Assembly: GCA_036785375.1 (NCBI GenBank)
Contig: JAWMAR010000058.1
Coordinates: 6,324,001-6,388,000 of the forward strand
Direction: 5' to 3'
Origin: Leucoraja ocellata
Taxonomy: Eukaryota
DNA: 64,000 nucleotides
Translations under genes and position numbers: made by a program
Part shown: positions 1 to 11,260 of the stretch, in pieces
Numbering within the stretch: the first letter of the stretch is position 1
How the letters are laid out: every line of letters begins with the position of its first letter
Notes under the pieces: model-generated
What the model was told of the DNA's origin: nothing
What the model saw: only the letters and a program-made list of their open reading frames with translations
Databases searched by the model: none

Positions 1-200
1 CACCTCGATAAGATCACCCCTCATCCTCCTGCGCTCCAGATAATAAAGTGCTAGCCTGCCCAACCTCTCCCTGTAGCTCGGGCCCACAAGTCCTGGCAAC
101 TTTCTCGTAACTCTTCTCTGCAATCTTTTCTGCTTAAGAATAAATGTCCTATACCAGGGTGAACACAGTACTCCGAATGTAGCCTCTCTAATGTCTTGTA
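1..200 (-). mobile_element. CR1/HER1-type LINE, fragment of ORF2 3' region
   Basis: Reverse strand resembles the CR1 ORF2 C-terminus (taagatcacccctcatcctcctgcgctccag; EYCV-like motif), similar to other CR1 copies in the window. Confidence 0.7.
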
Positions 201-329
201 GCTGAAACATGTACATCTTGTACAACTGTAACATTTTATAAATGAACATCTGTCCATAACCGGTGTGAAGCCGTAAAGGAAGAAGCAAAGGAGGAGGACT
301 GGCTGAACTTTGTTGCCATCCACCACAGT

Positions 330-460
330 GAAGAATGCTGTGGTGGATGCTTGTGTTAAATTTTCTTGTGTATTGTGTGTTCTTTTTTAGTGTATCGCTG
401 CTGGCAAATTCATTTCACTGCACCTTCGGGTGCATGTGACAAATAACTTTGACTTTGACA
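330..460 (+). mobile_element. LINE 3' tail fragment (Rex1-like) ending in a (CTTTGA)n tail
   Basis: gctgctggcaaattcatttcactgcac...gcatgtgacaaataactttgactttgac resembles the 3' end of the Rex1 copy at 8080-8150. Confidence 0.5.
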
Positions 461-1190
461 TTTTGATACTGCCTGACCTGTTGGGTTACTCCAGCACCGT
501 GTCATTTTGTGTCTACACTATGCTTTTTGGGAGTCATTTGTGCACAAGGTTTGTTTTTGACCTACTTCTCAGCTTTTTTTGTTAATGTTGGGCTTATGAT
601 GTAGCAACTGCTGGAACTTGCATAGTTTGTTTCATATAATATTCTCCCTCCCCGACAGCTCCAAAGAATGGATCTTTACCTCACATGCAGATTCCAATAG
701 TTTTTTTTCTGGAATCCTATGGATCCTGCTTTTTTCCCCTTGGAAACGCAGTGAGCCAGATGAATGGAAATGTTTGGGAGAAATTTTGAGCCGGCTCTTT
801 TATCTCCCAATCCGAAGTAATTTGAAAGCCTAGTCTATTCAAATTTTTCTTATATTTTGATCCTTTTCATCCGAGCGTTCTGCATATGCAGGTGGTTGTA
901 ACATTCTTCTAAAGTCAGCGCCTGCTATGCTGCATTGAGCTGACAGTGTTGGATCAAAGTGTATAATAAACTTTAAGCCTCATCAATGCAGTTCTACATT
1001 CAGTAAAATTCAGTTCTGCATCAATTTCTATGCCCAGACCCCATGTCATAGGTTTCTTTCATTTGATCTGGTCATCTCAGCTTTGTACATACTCCATGAC
1101 AGCCTTCAAAATAGGGAATTCTAAAATCTTTCAAATACATTTCCTGTCATATCTGTCCTAAGTGTTAACTCCTTAACCACTGACCATGCT

Positions 1191-1582
1191 CATAGAAACA
1201 TAGAAACATAGAAATTAGGTGCAGGAGTAGGCCATTCGGCCCTTCGAGCCTGCACCGCCATTCAATATGATCATGGCTGATCATCCAACTCAGTATCCCG
1301 TACCTGCCTTCTCTCCATACCCTCTGATCCCCCTAGCCACAAGGGCCACATCTAACTCCCTCTTAAATATAGCCAATGAACTGGCCTCGACTACCCTCTG
1401 TGGCAGAGAGTTACAGAGATCCACCAGTCTCTGTGTGAAAAAAGTTCTTCTCATCTCGGTTTTAAAGGATTTCCCCCTTATCCTTAAGCTGTGACCCCTT
1501 GTCCTGGACTTCCCCAACACCGGGAGCAATCTTCCTGCATCTAGCCTGTCCAACCCCTTAAGAATTTTGTAAGTTTCTATAA
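1191..1582 (-). mobile_element. Young 5'-truncated CR1/HER1 LINE
   Basis: ORF 1290..1604 (LIETYKILKGLDRLDA...SRTRGHSLRIRG...FFTQRLVDLCNSLP) is the CR1 ORF2 C-terminus. The (CATAGAAA)3 tail is at 1191-1214. Confidence 0.92.
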
Positions 1583-2105
1583 GACTTGGTTTAAGATTCT
1601 TCATGGTTTAAGATTAAACCTCATGGTTTAAGATTCTTCAGACTGAGGAATTATCCTTTCAACATTTACAATTCAGGGTCTTATGTGTCCCAATGAGACC
1701 ACTTTTGGGCAATCCAGTTGATGTCTAACCTCCTCAAGCCAGGATTATTTGGTGAGTGTGTACCATCCTCAACGCAAGAATAGCCCTGCATGGAAACCAC
1801 AAGAGAATCCCAAATGTTGTTTCACATAAGCCCTGATTTGTAGCAGCAAGCCTTCCTTGCTTTTTATCTAAATCCCCTGGTGTCAGCATTGATGATCTAA
1901 TCACATGTTGAGTGAGTTTTGAGTCCACAATCTTCAGATTTGAAAACAAGAGCAATACTCAATGTACCGTGGTTAATATTATGAATTTTATTTTAATTAT
2001 ATGAAAATGATGCAGCTGATGAGAGCTTCATGACAGTGAATATGCTGTGAAACTAGTCTATTGAACTCACACTCCGAAACAACTGAGAATCAAAACTGGT
2101 TGATA

Positions 2106-2760
2106 GTTCAAGAGTGTTTTACTGTCATATGTCCCAGATAGAACAATGACATTCTTACTTGCTGCAGCACAACAGAATATGTAAACATAGTACATTGTAA
2201 ACAACATNNNNNNNNNNNNNNNNNNNNNNNNNNNNNNNNNNNNNNNNNNNNNNNNNNNNNNNNNNNNNNNNNNNNNNNNNNNNNNNNNNNNNNNNNNNNN
2301 NNNNNNNNNNNNNNNNNNNNNNNNNNNNNNNNNNNNNNNNNNAACAATAGTGCAATAATAATAATAATAATCTATTGTAGTTCAGAGCTTATTTGAGGTT
2401 GTAGTGTTTAATAGCCTGATGGCTGTAGGGAAGAAGCTGTTACTGAATCTGGACGTTAAAGTTTTCAGGCTCCTGTACCTTCTTCCCGATGGCAGGGGTG
2501 TGGGTCTCTGATGATGTTGGCTGCTTTTTTGAGGCAGCGACTCTGATAAATCCCTTCGATGGTGGGGAGGTCAGAGCTGGTGATGGACTGGGCAGTGTTC
2601 ACAGCTTTTTGTAGTCTTTTCCGCTCCTGGGCGTTCAGGTTGCCGAACCAGGGCATGATGCAACCAGTCAATATGCTCTCTACGGTACACCTGCAGAAGT
2701 TCAAGGGAATCCTCTCTGACATACCGAATCTCCGTAATCTTCTCAGGAAGAAGAGGTGTT
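2106..2760 (-). mobile_element. Rex1/Babar-type LINE 3' portion, spanning an assembly gap
   Basis: ORF 2465..2722 (NFCRCTVESILTGCIMPWFGNLNAQERKRLQKAVNTAQSI) is nearly identical to part of ORF 7240..8043. Confidence 0.88.
2208..2342. other. Assembly gap (135 N)
   Basis: Run of n. Confidence 1.
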
Positions 2761-3189
2761 AATCCTCCTTAGATGTACGGCATGTTATTGTGCAACGAGT
2801 TATGATCAGGAATACAATTCCCCGAAAGAACGGTGGAAGCAAATTCAATAACTTTCAAAAGGGGATTGGATGAAAACCTCAGGGGAAAAATTAACATGAC
2901 TGTGAGGAGAAGGCAGGCTTATGTGATTAATTAATAGTGCTATCAGGGAGCTGCAGAGGCAGGAGAAACTAGTGGCCTCCTGCTGACAACAATGACAGCA
3001 ACAACTTGCACTTTATAAAGTCTTTCTATAGTGTTTTCACTGAAATTAGGTTTTAAGAAAAGGTGAAATTGATAGTTTACGTGAGAGAAGATCAAGGCAT
3101 CTGAAAGCATGGCTGTCAGTAATGGAGCTAACAGGCCTTAAGAGCATAAATCTATTTTGCCTTTGTCCATCAAATTGGTAGAGGTTATG

Positions 3190-3515
3190 TGTTTGCAAGC
3201 TCCTATGTAAGGAGACTTGGAGAGTTGCTGCAGTGCGTCTTGTGGATGGTACAAACTGCTGCAGTAATGGATGTGGATGCATGTGTATCAAGGAGGCGCC
3301 AATGTCTTGTGTCGAACTTGAGTGTTGTTGAAACTACATTCATCCAGGCAAGTGGAGAGTGTTTTGTCACCTGAGGCTTGAAAATGGTGGACAGGATTTG
3401 GAGAATTAAGAAGTGAGTTACATGCCGCAGGGTTCTTGTGTCTGCTTTTGTAACCACTTTGTATATCTGGCTATTTCAGTTCAGTTTCTGGTCAATGGTA
3501 ACCTCCAGGATATTA
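3190..3515 (-). mobile_element. Degraded non-LTR retrotransposon RT C-terminal fragment (L2/CR1 superfamily, Crack-like)
   Basis: Reverse translation gives ILEVTIDQKLN...VTHFLILQILSTIFKPQV.KHSPLAWMNVVSTTLKFDT. A second copy lies at about 46440-46960. Confidence 0.65.
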
Positions 3516-3519
3516 TTCT

Positions 3520-3832
3520 TTACTTTATTTTACTTTTGATATACAGCGCGGAATCCGCTCATTCGACCCACTGATTCCATGCTGACCAGCAGTTACTCTG
3601 TACACTAACACTATCCTACACCCTAGGGGGACAATTTACAATTTTTACTGAAGCCAATTTACCTGCAAACCTGTACGTCTTTCGAGTGTGGAAGGAAACT
3701 GTAGTATCCGGAGGAAATCCACGCGGTCGCAGAGAGAGTGTACAGACTACATACAGACTGCACCCGTAGTCAGGATTGAACCGAGGTCTCTGGCAAGGCA
3801 GCAGCTCTACCACTATACTACTGCGCTATCCC
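3520..3832 (-). mobile_element. tRNA-derived SINE (HE1-like V-SINE)
   Basis: Reverse strand has a tRNA-like head with B box (ggttcaatcc), a central domain and a CR1-like tail; homologous to 21177-21470. Confidence 0.85.
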
Positions 3833-4724
3833 GAGTCTGTAGAAATCTCCAGATCTGTTGCTGTTGGGATTTTCCAAGAGGATTCCAGATGATAAACATC
3901 ATACTGTGGAGTGGAGTAGACTGGGTTTATTTTCCACGGACTACCACATGGAATTCACAGCATAAATTCTTGATCCTATGGCAAAGATGACCAAGACTAT
4001 TGGAGACTAGCCTTTGCTGCCTGGATAATAATATCCAAATATTGGTTGGACCACGTGTAGAACCTGCTGAGTGAGTGCTTGCTCACATTAACAGGTCAAA
4101 ATTATTTTGACGCAATCAGCACTCTCAATTCAAATCAAAGATCCAAGACTTCTTGGTTTCTGTATTGTTTATGTTTCTTTGTTCCTTAAAGAATAATAAT
4201 TAGGGCTTTGTAAATTTGTGCTTTAAGCATTATTAATTCATCTATCGTTGTTTAGTGAATAACCAAACATTGCAATAATGATTTATTTTTGTTCTGGTCA
4301 AAGGAGCTGTCACTATTCATTGGCTATGGTTTACACTGAAGTCTCGTCCCTAACATAGCTTACTTGTACAATCAGACATAGCCAGCACGGCCAACTATTT
4401 CAGGAAACCTTTTGAGCTATTTATAGACCAAAAACATGATTAATACACACCATAATAATCAGGTTCGAGAAGGATAAATCTTATACGGTTAGAACAAAAA
4501 TCTCTGCATTTAAATGTATTATTTCAAAGGTAAAATAAATATTTTCGGTAGTCTTTTAATCACAAACTTACAGATCTTTTGATACTGGGATAATTCCTTA
4601 GGATTAAAGAATTGTAAATGTTACCGTCTTGTTCTAAAAGAGAGTGGGACGAGCCCAGTGAATGCAAACCTGTTACCTAAGTGATGGAGAAAATTTGAGA
4701 AACACTCCATTGGTCACAGACCTC

Positions 4725-5900
4725 CGGCCTGAATATTGTCCTTCCAACACAATCCTGTATTTTATCAGCGAGCCAGTTATAAATCCATGCAACCAAGTCA
4801 CTGTTAACCCCATGAATCTTCTAGATCAGCCTACCATGGGGGACTTTATCAAATGCCTTACTAAAATCCATGTACATAACATAGCCCTACCCTCTTCGAT
4901 CACCTTTGTCACCTCCTCAAAAAGCTTGATCAAACTGGTAAGATTACCTGCCATGTACAAAGCCATACGGACTGTCCCTAATTAATCCATTCTCTTCCAA
5001 ATGGGTGTTAATCCTATCATGAAGAGTCCTTGCCAATAGCTTCGCTGCCACTGAAATGAGGTTCTGTGGCCTATAATTCCATGGATTCTCTCTACTTCCT
5101 TTCTCAAGTAAAGGAACAACATTAGTGCCTCTCAGGCCTCTTGGACTTCACCTATGGGTAGCGATGAGGCAAAGATCTTCATCAAGGCTTCCGCAATCTC
5201 CAATCATAAAAACCTGGGATAAATCCCGTCGGATCTTGGGGATTTATCCACAATGCTCTTTAAGATCCCCAACATCTCTTCCTTCTTACTTTAAAAATAA
5301 GCGTGCATATTAGTATTCTCCACACTGATTTCACTGTCCTCCATATCTCTTCCCGTGGAGAGAACATGCAAAGTACTTGTTTAATACCTCACTTACATTC
5401 TCAGACTCGAATTCCCTTCTGGATCTTTGAACCTACCTTCTCCCTGGTTACCCACCTGATTTTACTATAGGTATAAAAATCTTTGGGATTTTCTTTAATC
5501 CAACTCACCAAAAGCCATTTTGTGGCCCCTTTTGGCCATTCTAATCACTTGCATGAGACCTTTCCTCCTTTATTTATGTTTCTCAAAAGTCCTGTCTGAT
5601 TCCATCCTCTTAAACCTTGCATGCACTTCCTTTTTTTTTGGACTAAGTTTACAACCTCTTTGGTCATCCAGGATGCTCTTACTTTGCCATTCTTATCCCT
5701 CTTCCTCACTGGAACATGCAGGTTCTGAACTTCAATCAATTGGTCTTTAAATTACTCCCACTTGTCAGTTGCAGACTTATCCAATAATAATTGTGCCTAA
5801 TGTACCTTCCCGAGCCCCTGCCTAATAAAGTTGTTTGCCTTACTCCAATTTAGTACTTTTCTGCAAGGTCCAGGCTTCTCCTTATTCAAAACAACCTTAA
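4725..5900 (-). mobile_element. Degraded CR1 LINE ORF2 internal fragment
   Basis: Reverse strand encodes MDFSKAFDKVPHGRL, NYRP (ctataattcc) and WMTKEV motifs. Confidence 0.8.
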
Positions 5901-5904
5901 ACCT

Positions 5905-6045
5905 ACAGAATAGAAGGGTTGTGACCTGAAACGTCGCCTATCCATGTTCTCTTTTTGATCTATTTTTTCTTGCATAATAAAGGCACAAAGAACTAGAGTA
6001 ACTCAGCGGGTCAGGCAGCATATCTGCAGAACATGGATAGGTTTT
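5905..6045. mobile_element. Penelope-derived short element; two inverted segments with a partial hammerhead motif
   Basis: gaagggttgtgacctGAAACGTCgcctatccatgttc on +, followed by the inverted segment gagtaactcagcgggtcaggcagcat...gaacatggatagg. Confidence 0.7.
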
Positions 6046-6627
6046 TCCATTTTTATCTTTCTTTTGTGACACCTGCTGGAAGCTCCCGCAACTTTGAAGC
6101 AACTTCTAAAAAAATACATACTGTGAAAAAAAAACATTGACATGTGAAGGAGGTGATTGTTAGTTGTGAATTGTAATCATATTTTGCATTCATGAGGTTG
6201 ATTCATGCTCTAGTTTATAACATCACTTGTTGATTGAGAATGAATGAGTTGAAACCAATGAGAAATTGTCACTCCCTTCAAGGGAACACTTTGCTGGGTC
6301 ATAAAATAGTTATATTTTCTGCTGGATGTCATTGTTGATTGCGGGTCTATTGTCACAATGCTGTTTAAAGTATTTTTGATCCTGTAGCTTCTCCAAACGC
6401 CTTATAATTTATTGAGGAAGCTCCTTTGTAGTTTAAAAATAAAATATCAGGTTGGGAGTTTAGTGTTTTTTCATGTACAGTGTATTGCAGTTGAATCATT
6501 TATTTATTTTCAGCTTTGTTTTTGCAGTCTCTTGGAATCAAGGATGACTTGCTTCCATACCACTTCTGGATTCTGAGATGGTCGCTAAGGTCAATGTGGG
6601 AACCACAGCAGGAAAAACTTTTTCATC

Positions 6628-6893
6628 CAGAGAGATGAGGAAAAACTTTTTCACCCAGAGAGTTGCAAATCTGTGGAATTCCCTTCTTCAGAAGGCAGTG
6701 GAGTCCAATTCACTTGAGGTTTTCAAGAGAGAGTTAGATATAGCTCTTGGGGCTAACAGAATCAAGTGATATGGGGAAAAAGCAGGAACGGGGTACTGAT
6801 TTTGGATGATCAGCCATGATCACATTGAATGACGCTGCTGGCTCGAAGGGCCAAATGGCCTACTCCTGCACCTATTTTCTACCGTTTCTATGG
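6628..6893 (+). mobile_element. CR1/HER1 LINE 3' end
   Basis: EMRKNFFTQRVANLWNSL...FKRELDIAL, then the 3' UTR ggcctactcctgcacctattttcta; reverse complement of the 1191-1582 family. Confidence 0.9.
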
Positions 6894-7237
6894 TTCTCAA
6901 TGACAACCCAAAAACCCCAACTCCATTTTGACTGATCATGGACTAAAGATTCCCATGAGTTAGTGACAATATTACACATCTTCAAGATGATTTGGAGAAC
7001 ACCCTTGAATCTTTCTCTGTTCACCTGATGACCTCTTGCCATGACAGACATTGCACTCGTGTATCTGTTTCCATCATCTAGTGTCATTCGTGAAACAATG
7101 TGGCCCTTTCGTCATAGTGTAATTACAGATGTTGATGAGGTTAAAAAGGGCATGCATTGTGGTTGATACTGCCCCCTACGTTTCTGTTGCAGTATCTTGA
7201 TGATCTTGTCCATTGTGCATGTAGATAGTAGATAGCT

Positions 7238-8152
7238 GCTTGCTCATCCCCCTACTGTACTCACTCTACACTCATGTCTGCGTAGCCAGTCATAGTGCAA
7301 ATTCCATCATCAAGTTCGCTGACAACACCACTGTTGTGGGACGTATCATTGATGGAGATGAGTCAGAGTATCGAAGTGAGATCGACCATTTGGCCAAATG
7401 GTGCCAGCACAATAACCTGGCTCTCAACACCAGCAAAACCAAGGAACTGATTGTGTACTTTGGAAGGGGTAGGATGGGGACCCATAGTCCCATTTATATC
7501 AACGGGTCAATGGTGGAGTGGGTCAAGAGCTTCAAATTCCTGGGCGTGCATGTCTCTGTAGATCTCTCCTGGTCCGAGAACATTGATGCAATTATAAAGA
7601 AAGCACATCAGCGCCTCTACTTCCTGAGAAGATTACGGAGGGTCGGTATGTCAAGGAGGACTCTCTCGAACTTCTACAGGTGCACAGTAGAGAGCATGCT
7701 GACCAGTTACATTGTGGCTTGGTTCGGCAACTTGAGCGCCCAGGAGCGGAAAAGACTACAAAAAGTTGTAAACACTGCCCAGCCCATCATCGGCTCTGAC
7801 CTCCCTACCATCGAGGGGATCTATCGCAGTCACTGCCTCAAAAAGGCTGCCAGCATCATCAAGGATCCACACCATCCTGGCCAATCATTCATCTCCCTGC
7901 TGTCTTCAGGTAGAAGGTACAGGAGCCATCAGGCTATTAAACTCCACTCACACAAAACTCTGATCATTAATAGCCCATTGCACTTTATCTGTTTATTTAT
8001 GTGTGTGTATATGTATATATTCATTGGTATATGGTCACATTGATCTGTTCTGTATTTATTTATGCCTACTATATTCTGTTGTGCTGAAGCAAAGCAAGAA
8101 TTTCATTGTCCTATCTGGGACACATGACAATAAACTCTCTTGAATCTTGGAA
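7238..8152 (+). mobile_element. 5'-truncated Rex1/Babar-type LINE (RT C-terminal half and 3' UTR)
   Basis: ORF 7240..8043 has PLLYSLYTH, IIKFADNTTVVG (FADD mutated), LNTSKTKELIV, SFKFLGVH and KKAHQRLYFLRRL; tail aataaactctcttgaatcttggaatc. Confidence 0.92.
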
Positions 8153-8429
8153 TCTATGCTGTGAAACAGCTCTGCTGCCACTGGGAGGAAGCAATAGACA
8201 AAGACTCTGATGAATAATGTTGTGTGTCTATTACAACTTTAGTGATGCAAAGGAAGCTGGTTCAGGAAGTGAATCTTTATGATAATATTTGGTGCTTGGT
8301 CAACAATCTGTTTTAAGAGTAGCTCAGCAACAGGCATTGGATTAATGCTAGATTTGGGTTATTCTGCTGAGACAAATAAATTATACTCGGTAGATCTACA
8401 GGAATCAGAAGGAATCTTGCTCATGTGAA

Positions 8430-8582
8430 TAGAAGAAACGGGTGACATTTCGGGTCGAGACCCTCAACCCGAAACATCACCCATTCCTTCTATCCAGAGA
8501 TGCTGCCTGTCATGCTGAGTTACTCCAGGATTTTGTGTCTGATATCTTCGGTGTAAACCAGCATCTGCAGTTATTTCACACA
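8430..8582 (+). mobile_element. Penelope-derived foldback element with 14-bp TSD
   Basis: Flanked by CTTGCTCATGTGAA at 8416-8429 and 8583-8596; inverted arms at 8430-8459 and 8463-8492; body gatgctgcctg..gctgagttactccag. Confidence 0.85.
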
Positions 8583-9394
8583 CTTGCTCATGTGAAGGCT
8601 GGTTTAACACCCGAATGTTACACTCCATTAAAATCATTGGGAAGATTGTAAACCATGATTCCCTCTATCACTTAGATCTCACCTGGAGTGAGTTATCTTA
8701 AAATTACATCAGCATGCCCAGTAACCGAGTTTTTAAAAACTTACTATATTAAAGGAACTTTTAATTGTTATGAAATGAAACATTCATGTGAATAGAAGGT
8801 TCAAATAGTCAAGCACAGGTTTGTGACTGAAGTGAGATGAGATGGAAATATAGAATCGTGCTACAGCATGAAGAAATGTAAAGTAGCATGAATTTTAATT
8901 ATAAACTAAACTGTTAAAAAAAATTGATGGTCCGTGGAAATGAGAGACTTTGGATGGAAATAAATTTAATACAATATAAGAATTGAGGAATGGAAAATGA
9001 GCATTCCGAATACCGTAAGAGGTAGAATGTGGGTCTTAGCTACAATGTCAGGCCATTAACAAAAAAATAGAATTTTTGACTCGGACATTGTTGAAGTAGT
9101 ACTTTGCTTCCGAGCATCACTTTGGCTTTGTGCATTTTGTTTCTATATAACAGCTTGTAAAACCATTGTCACCACCCAAGTAAGATGACTTTGGATAACT
9201 GTCAGAGTGACAAAGCTGGATATTAAACATACAGTTTGACCCTCTTCAGGAATAACCTGATTGTAAAATTCTTGTATGATTGCACCATGATGAAAAATTC
9301 TCTGGAAGTTTTAGTGAGAAGGATCTTTTTCCAAAGTAAACCTACAGGAGAATGCATCAAATTATGAGTGTTGCAGAACTAAATGAATACCACC

Positions 9395-9760
9395 AGCCAA
9401 AACTAGAAAATGCAGGGAATACTCAGTGGGCCAACCAAGCATGTAAGTTAACAGAGTCTGGGACCCTTCATCATAAAAGTGTCCGTGGAAATGAGTTTGC
9501 GTCAGCACCTTATTGAAGATTTGAAGAGCGAGTAAACCACTGAGAGTGAACACGCAAAATGGACAGACGGAAGTCCTCCTGCAGAGCAGAGGAGAGAGAA
9601 AGAACATCTCCAAATTGCCATTCCTGGAAGAGAAGCGGCAGTGAATTCATCAATGAATGAAAATACTGCTGGAAATCTGAAACAAAAACAGAGAATGACA
9701 GGTGCAATCGGCTAGTCAGGCAACAGTTAACGTTTCAGGTCTGGGACCCTTTATCAAAAT
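9395..9760 (-). mobile_element. Two old Penelope-derived terminal fragments with decayed hammerhead motifs
   Basis: Reverse complements read TGATGAAGGGTCCCAGAC (about 9456-9474) and TTGATAAAGGGTCCCAGACCTGAAACGTTAAC (about 9726-9757). Confidence 0.55.
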
Positions 9761-10649
9761 ACTTAGTAGCAATAGAGATTGTGGCTGAATGCTTGCAGGG
9801 AAGCATCAGATGCCTTTAGTGAAATTGGCTTTCTCCAGGTTAGTGATCATTGCTTGGTTCAGTTTCAGTACTGCAACGCAAGGACATGGATCTTGAAGGC
9901 TATGTTATTTGGATATTACTATGGTTGAGATTTTCTGAAACAATGAGAGCCTTATGAAACAAGATAGGTGAGAGTGCAGTCGATAGATTTGGTAGGTGTG
10001 CTGGTCTGGGATAGGAAGCAAATGTTCCTGAAACAGTGCTACTAAAATCTTTTTTAATAAGGTATTTCATAAGTAAATGCATTATTAATGTTATCTGATT
10101 GCATTAGTTACATGGTTCTGTTCTGTAAGACATGGTATTAGTTTGCTCACTCTTTAGGCTGTCTGCTTTAGAACAATGAACAATTTTACATGAAGTGTGT
10201 ATTCTAATTCTACTAATATTCGTCCATATAATGAATGACACAATTGACTTGAAAGTCATGGGAATATGAAAAGAGGGGGAGTCATCATGTAAAATCTTTG
10301 AGTCTCTGGTTAATGCATTGAATTAGCACATTTTTCTCTCTCAAGACCTGTGCTTGAATTCTGCTTGAGTAAATGTATCTACACATCTAATTATTAAGAT
10401 TATTATTTAAGATTGATACTTAAGACTTCAGAAGCAAATTGGCCCAGTTGATAAAAATCTTGACTTTGAATCAAGGAATGTTGTGTGTTCATGCCCCATT
10501 CTACAACTTGAGCTAACAGTCAGAAGATTTAACTTTTGAAACCATAACTGATCCAGAAAAAAACAGGGTGAAATGATTTATCAATGATGCAAAGCATAAA
10601 GTAGTGATAGTGATGCAAGAAACAAATGAAAACATGTGGTTAAAAAACC

Positions 10650-10821
10650 TTTCCCGTACACTGTGCTTTTACAGTCTTAATTACAGCGCCAACCTTCCTG
10701 TTCATTGTGGTGTGTGTCTGTATCACATTGGCTTTGCACCGTGTGAATTTCACTCAGACAGCGCTCCCCCCCGCTTGCCCTGTCCCCTGCCTGCATAACT
10801 GGCTGGTGAAGGAAGTGATGT

Positions 10822-10869
<48 letters not shown>

Positions 10870-10972
10870 CACTCTGACAGTTGCCGTTCCAGTCGCCGAT
10901 TTTTCAGCGATCTGCTACGACTTGACAGTCGCCGGCAGTCGCCTGAAAAATCGCCTAAGTGGGACAGGCCCA
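10650..10972. mobile_element. Partial non-autonomous DNA transposon (PIF/Harbinger-like right TIR) containing (TG)n
   Basis: Ends in GTGGGACAGGCCC then a-TTA, the same TIR as the 44512 MITE; left TIR not found. Confidence 0.55.
10819..10867. repeat. (TG)n microsatellite
   Basis: About 24 TG units with one interruption. Confidence 0.98.
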
Positions 10973-10974
10973 TT

Positions 10975-11260
10975 AATCTTCTAGATCAGTTTACAAAGAT
11001 TACTTAAAATCCCTAAAATTCCTGTAGACAACATCCATTGCCCTATACTCTTCGATCACTTTTGTCACCTCCTCAAAAAGCTCAATCCAGTTGCTAAGAC
11101 ATGACCTGCTGCATGTAAAGTCATGCTGACTGTCCTTTACTAGACCATTTCCCTTCCAAATGGTAGTAAATGCTTTGCCAAAGAATCCTTTCCAATGGTT
11201 TCCCTACATGAAGCACACCGGCCTATAATTTTTTGGATTATCTTTACTTCCCTTAAACAA
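10975..11260 (-). mobile_element. CR1 ORF2 fragment
   Basis: Similar to 4815-5110 (gatcacttttgtcacctcctcaaaaagctcaatc; ggcctataat). Confidence 0.75.

Noticed and set aside
7240-8043. 267-aa ORF as a host gene or active reverse transcriptase
   Set aside because: It is a 5'-truncated Rex1 fragment with the catalytic FADD mutated to FADN and a deleted C-terminus.
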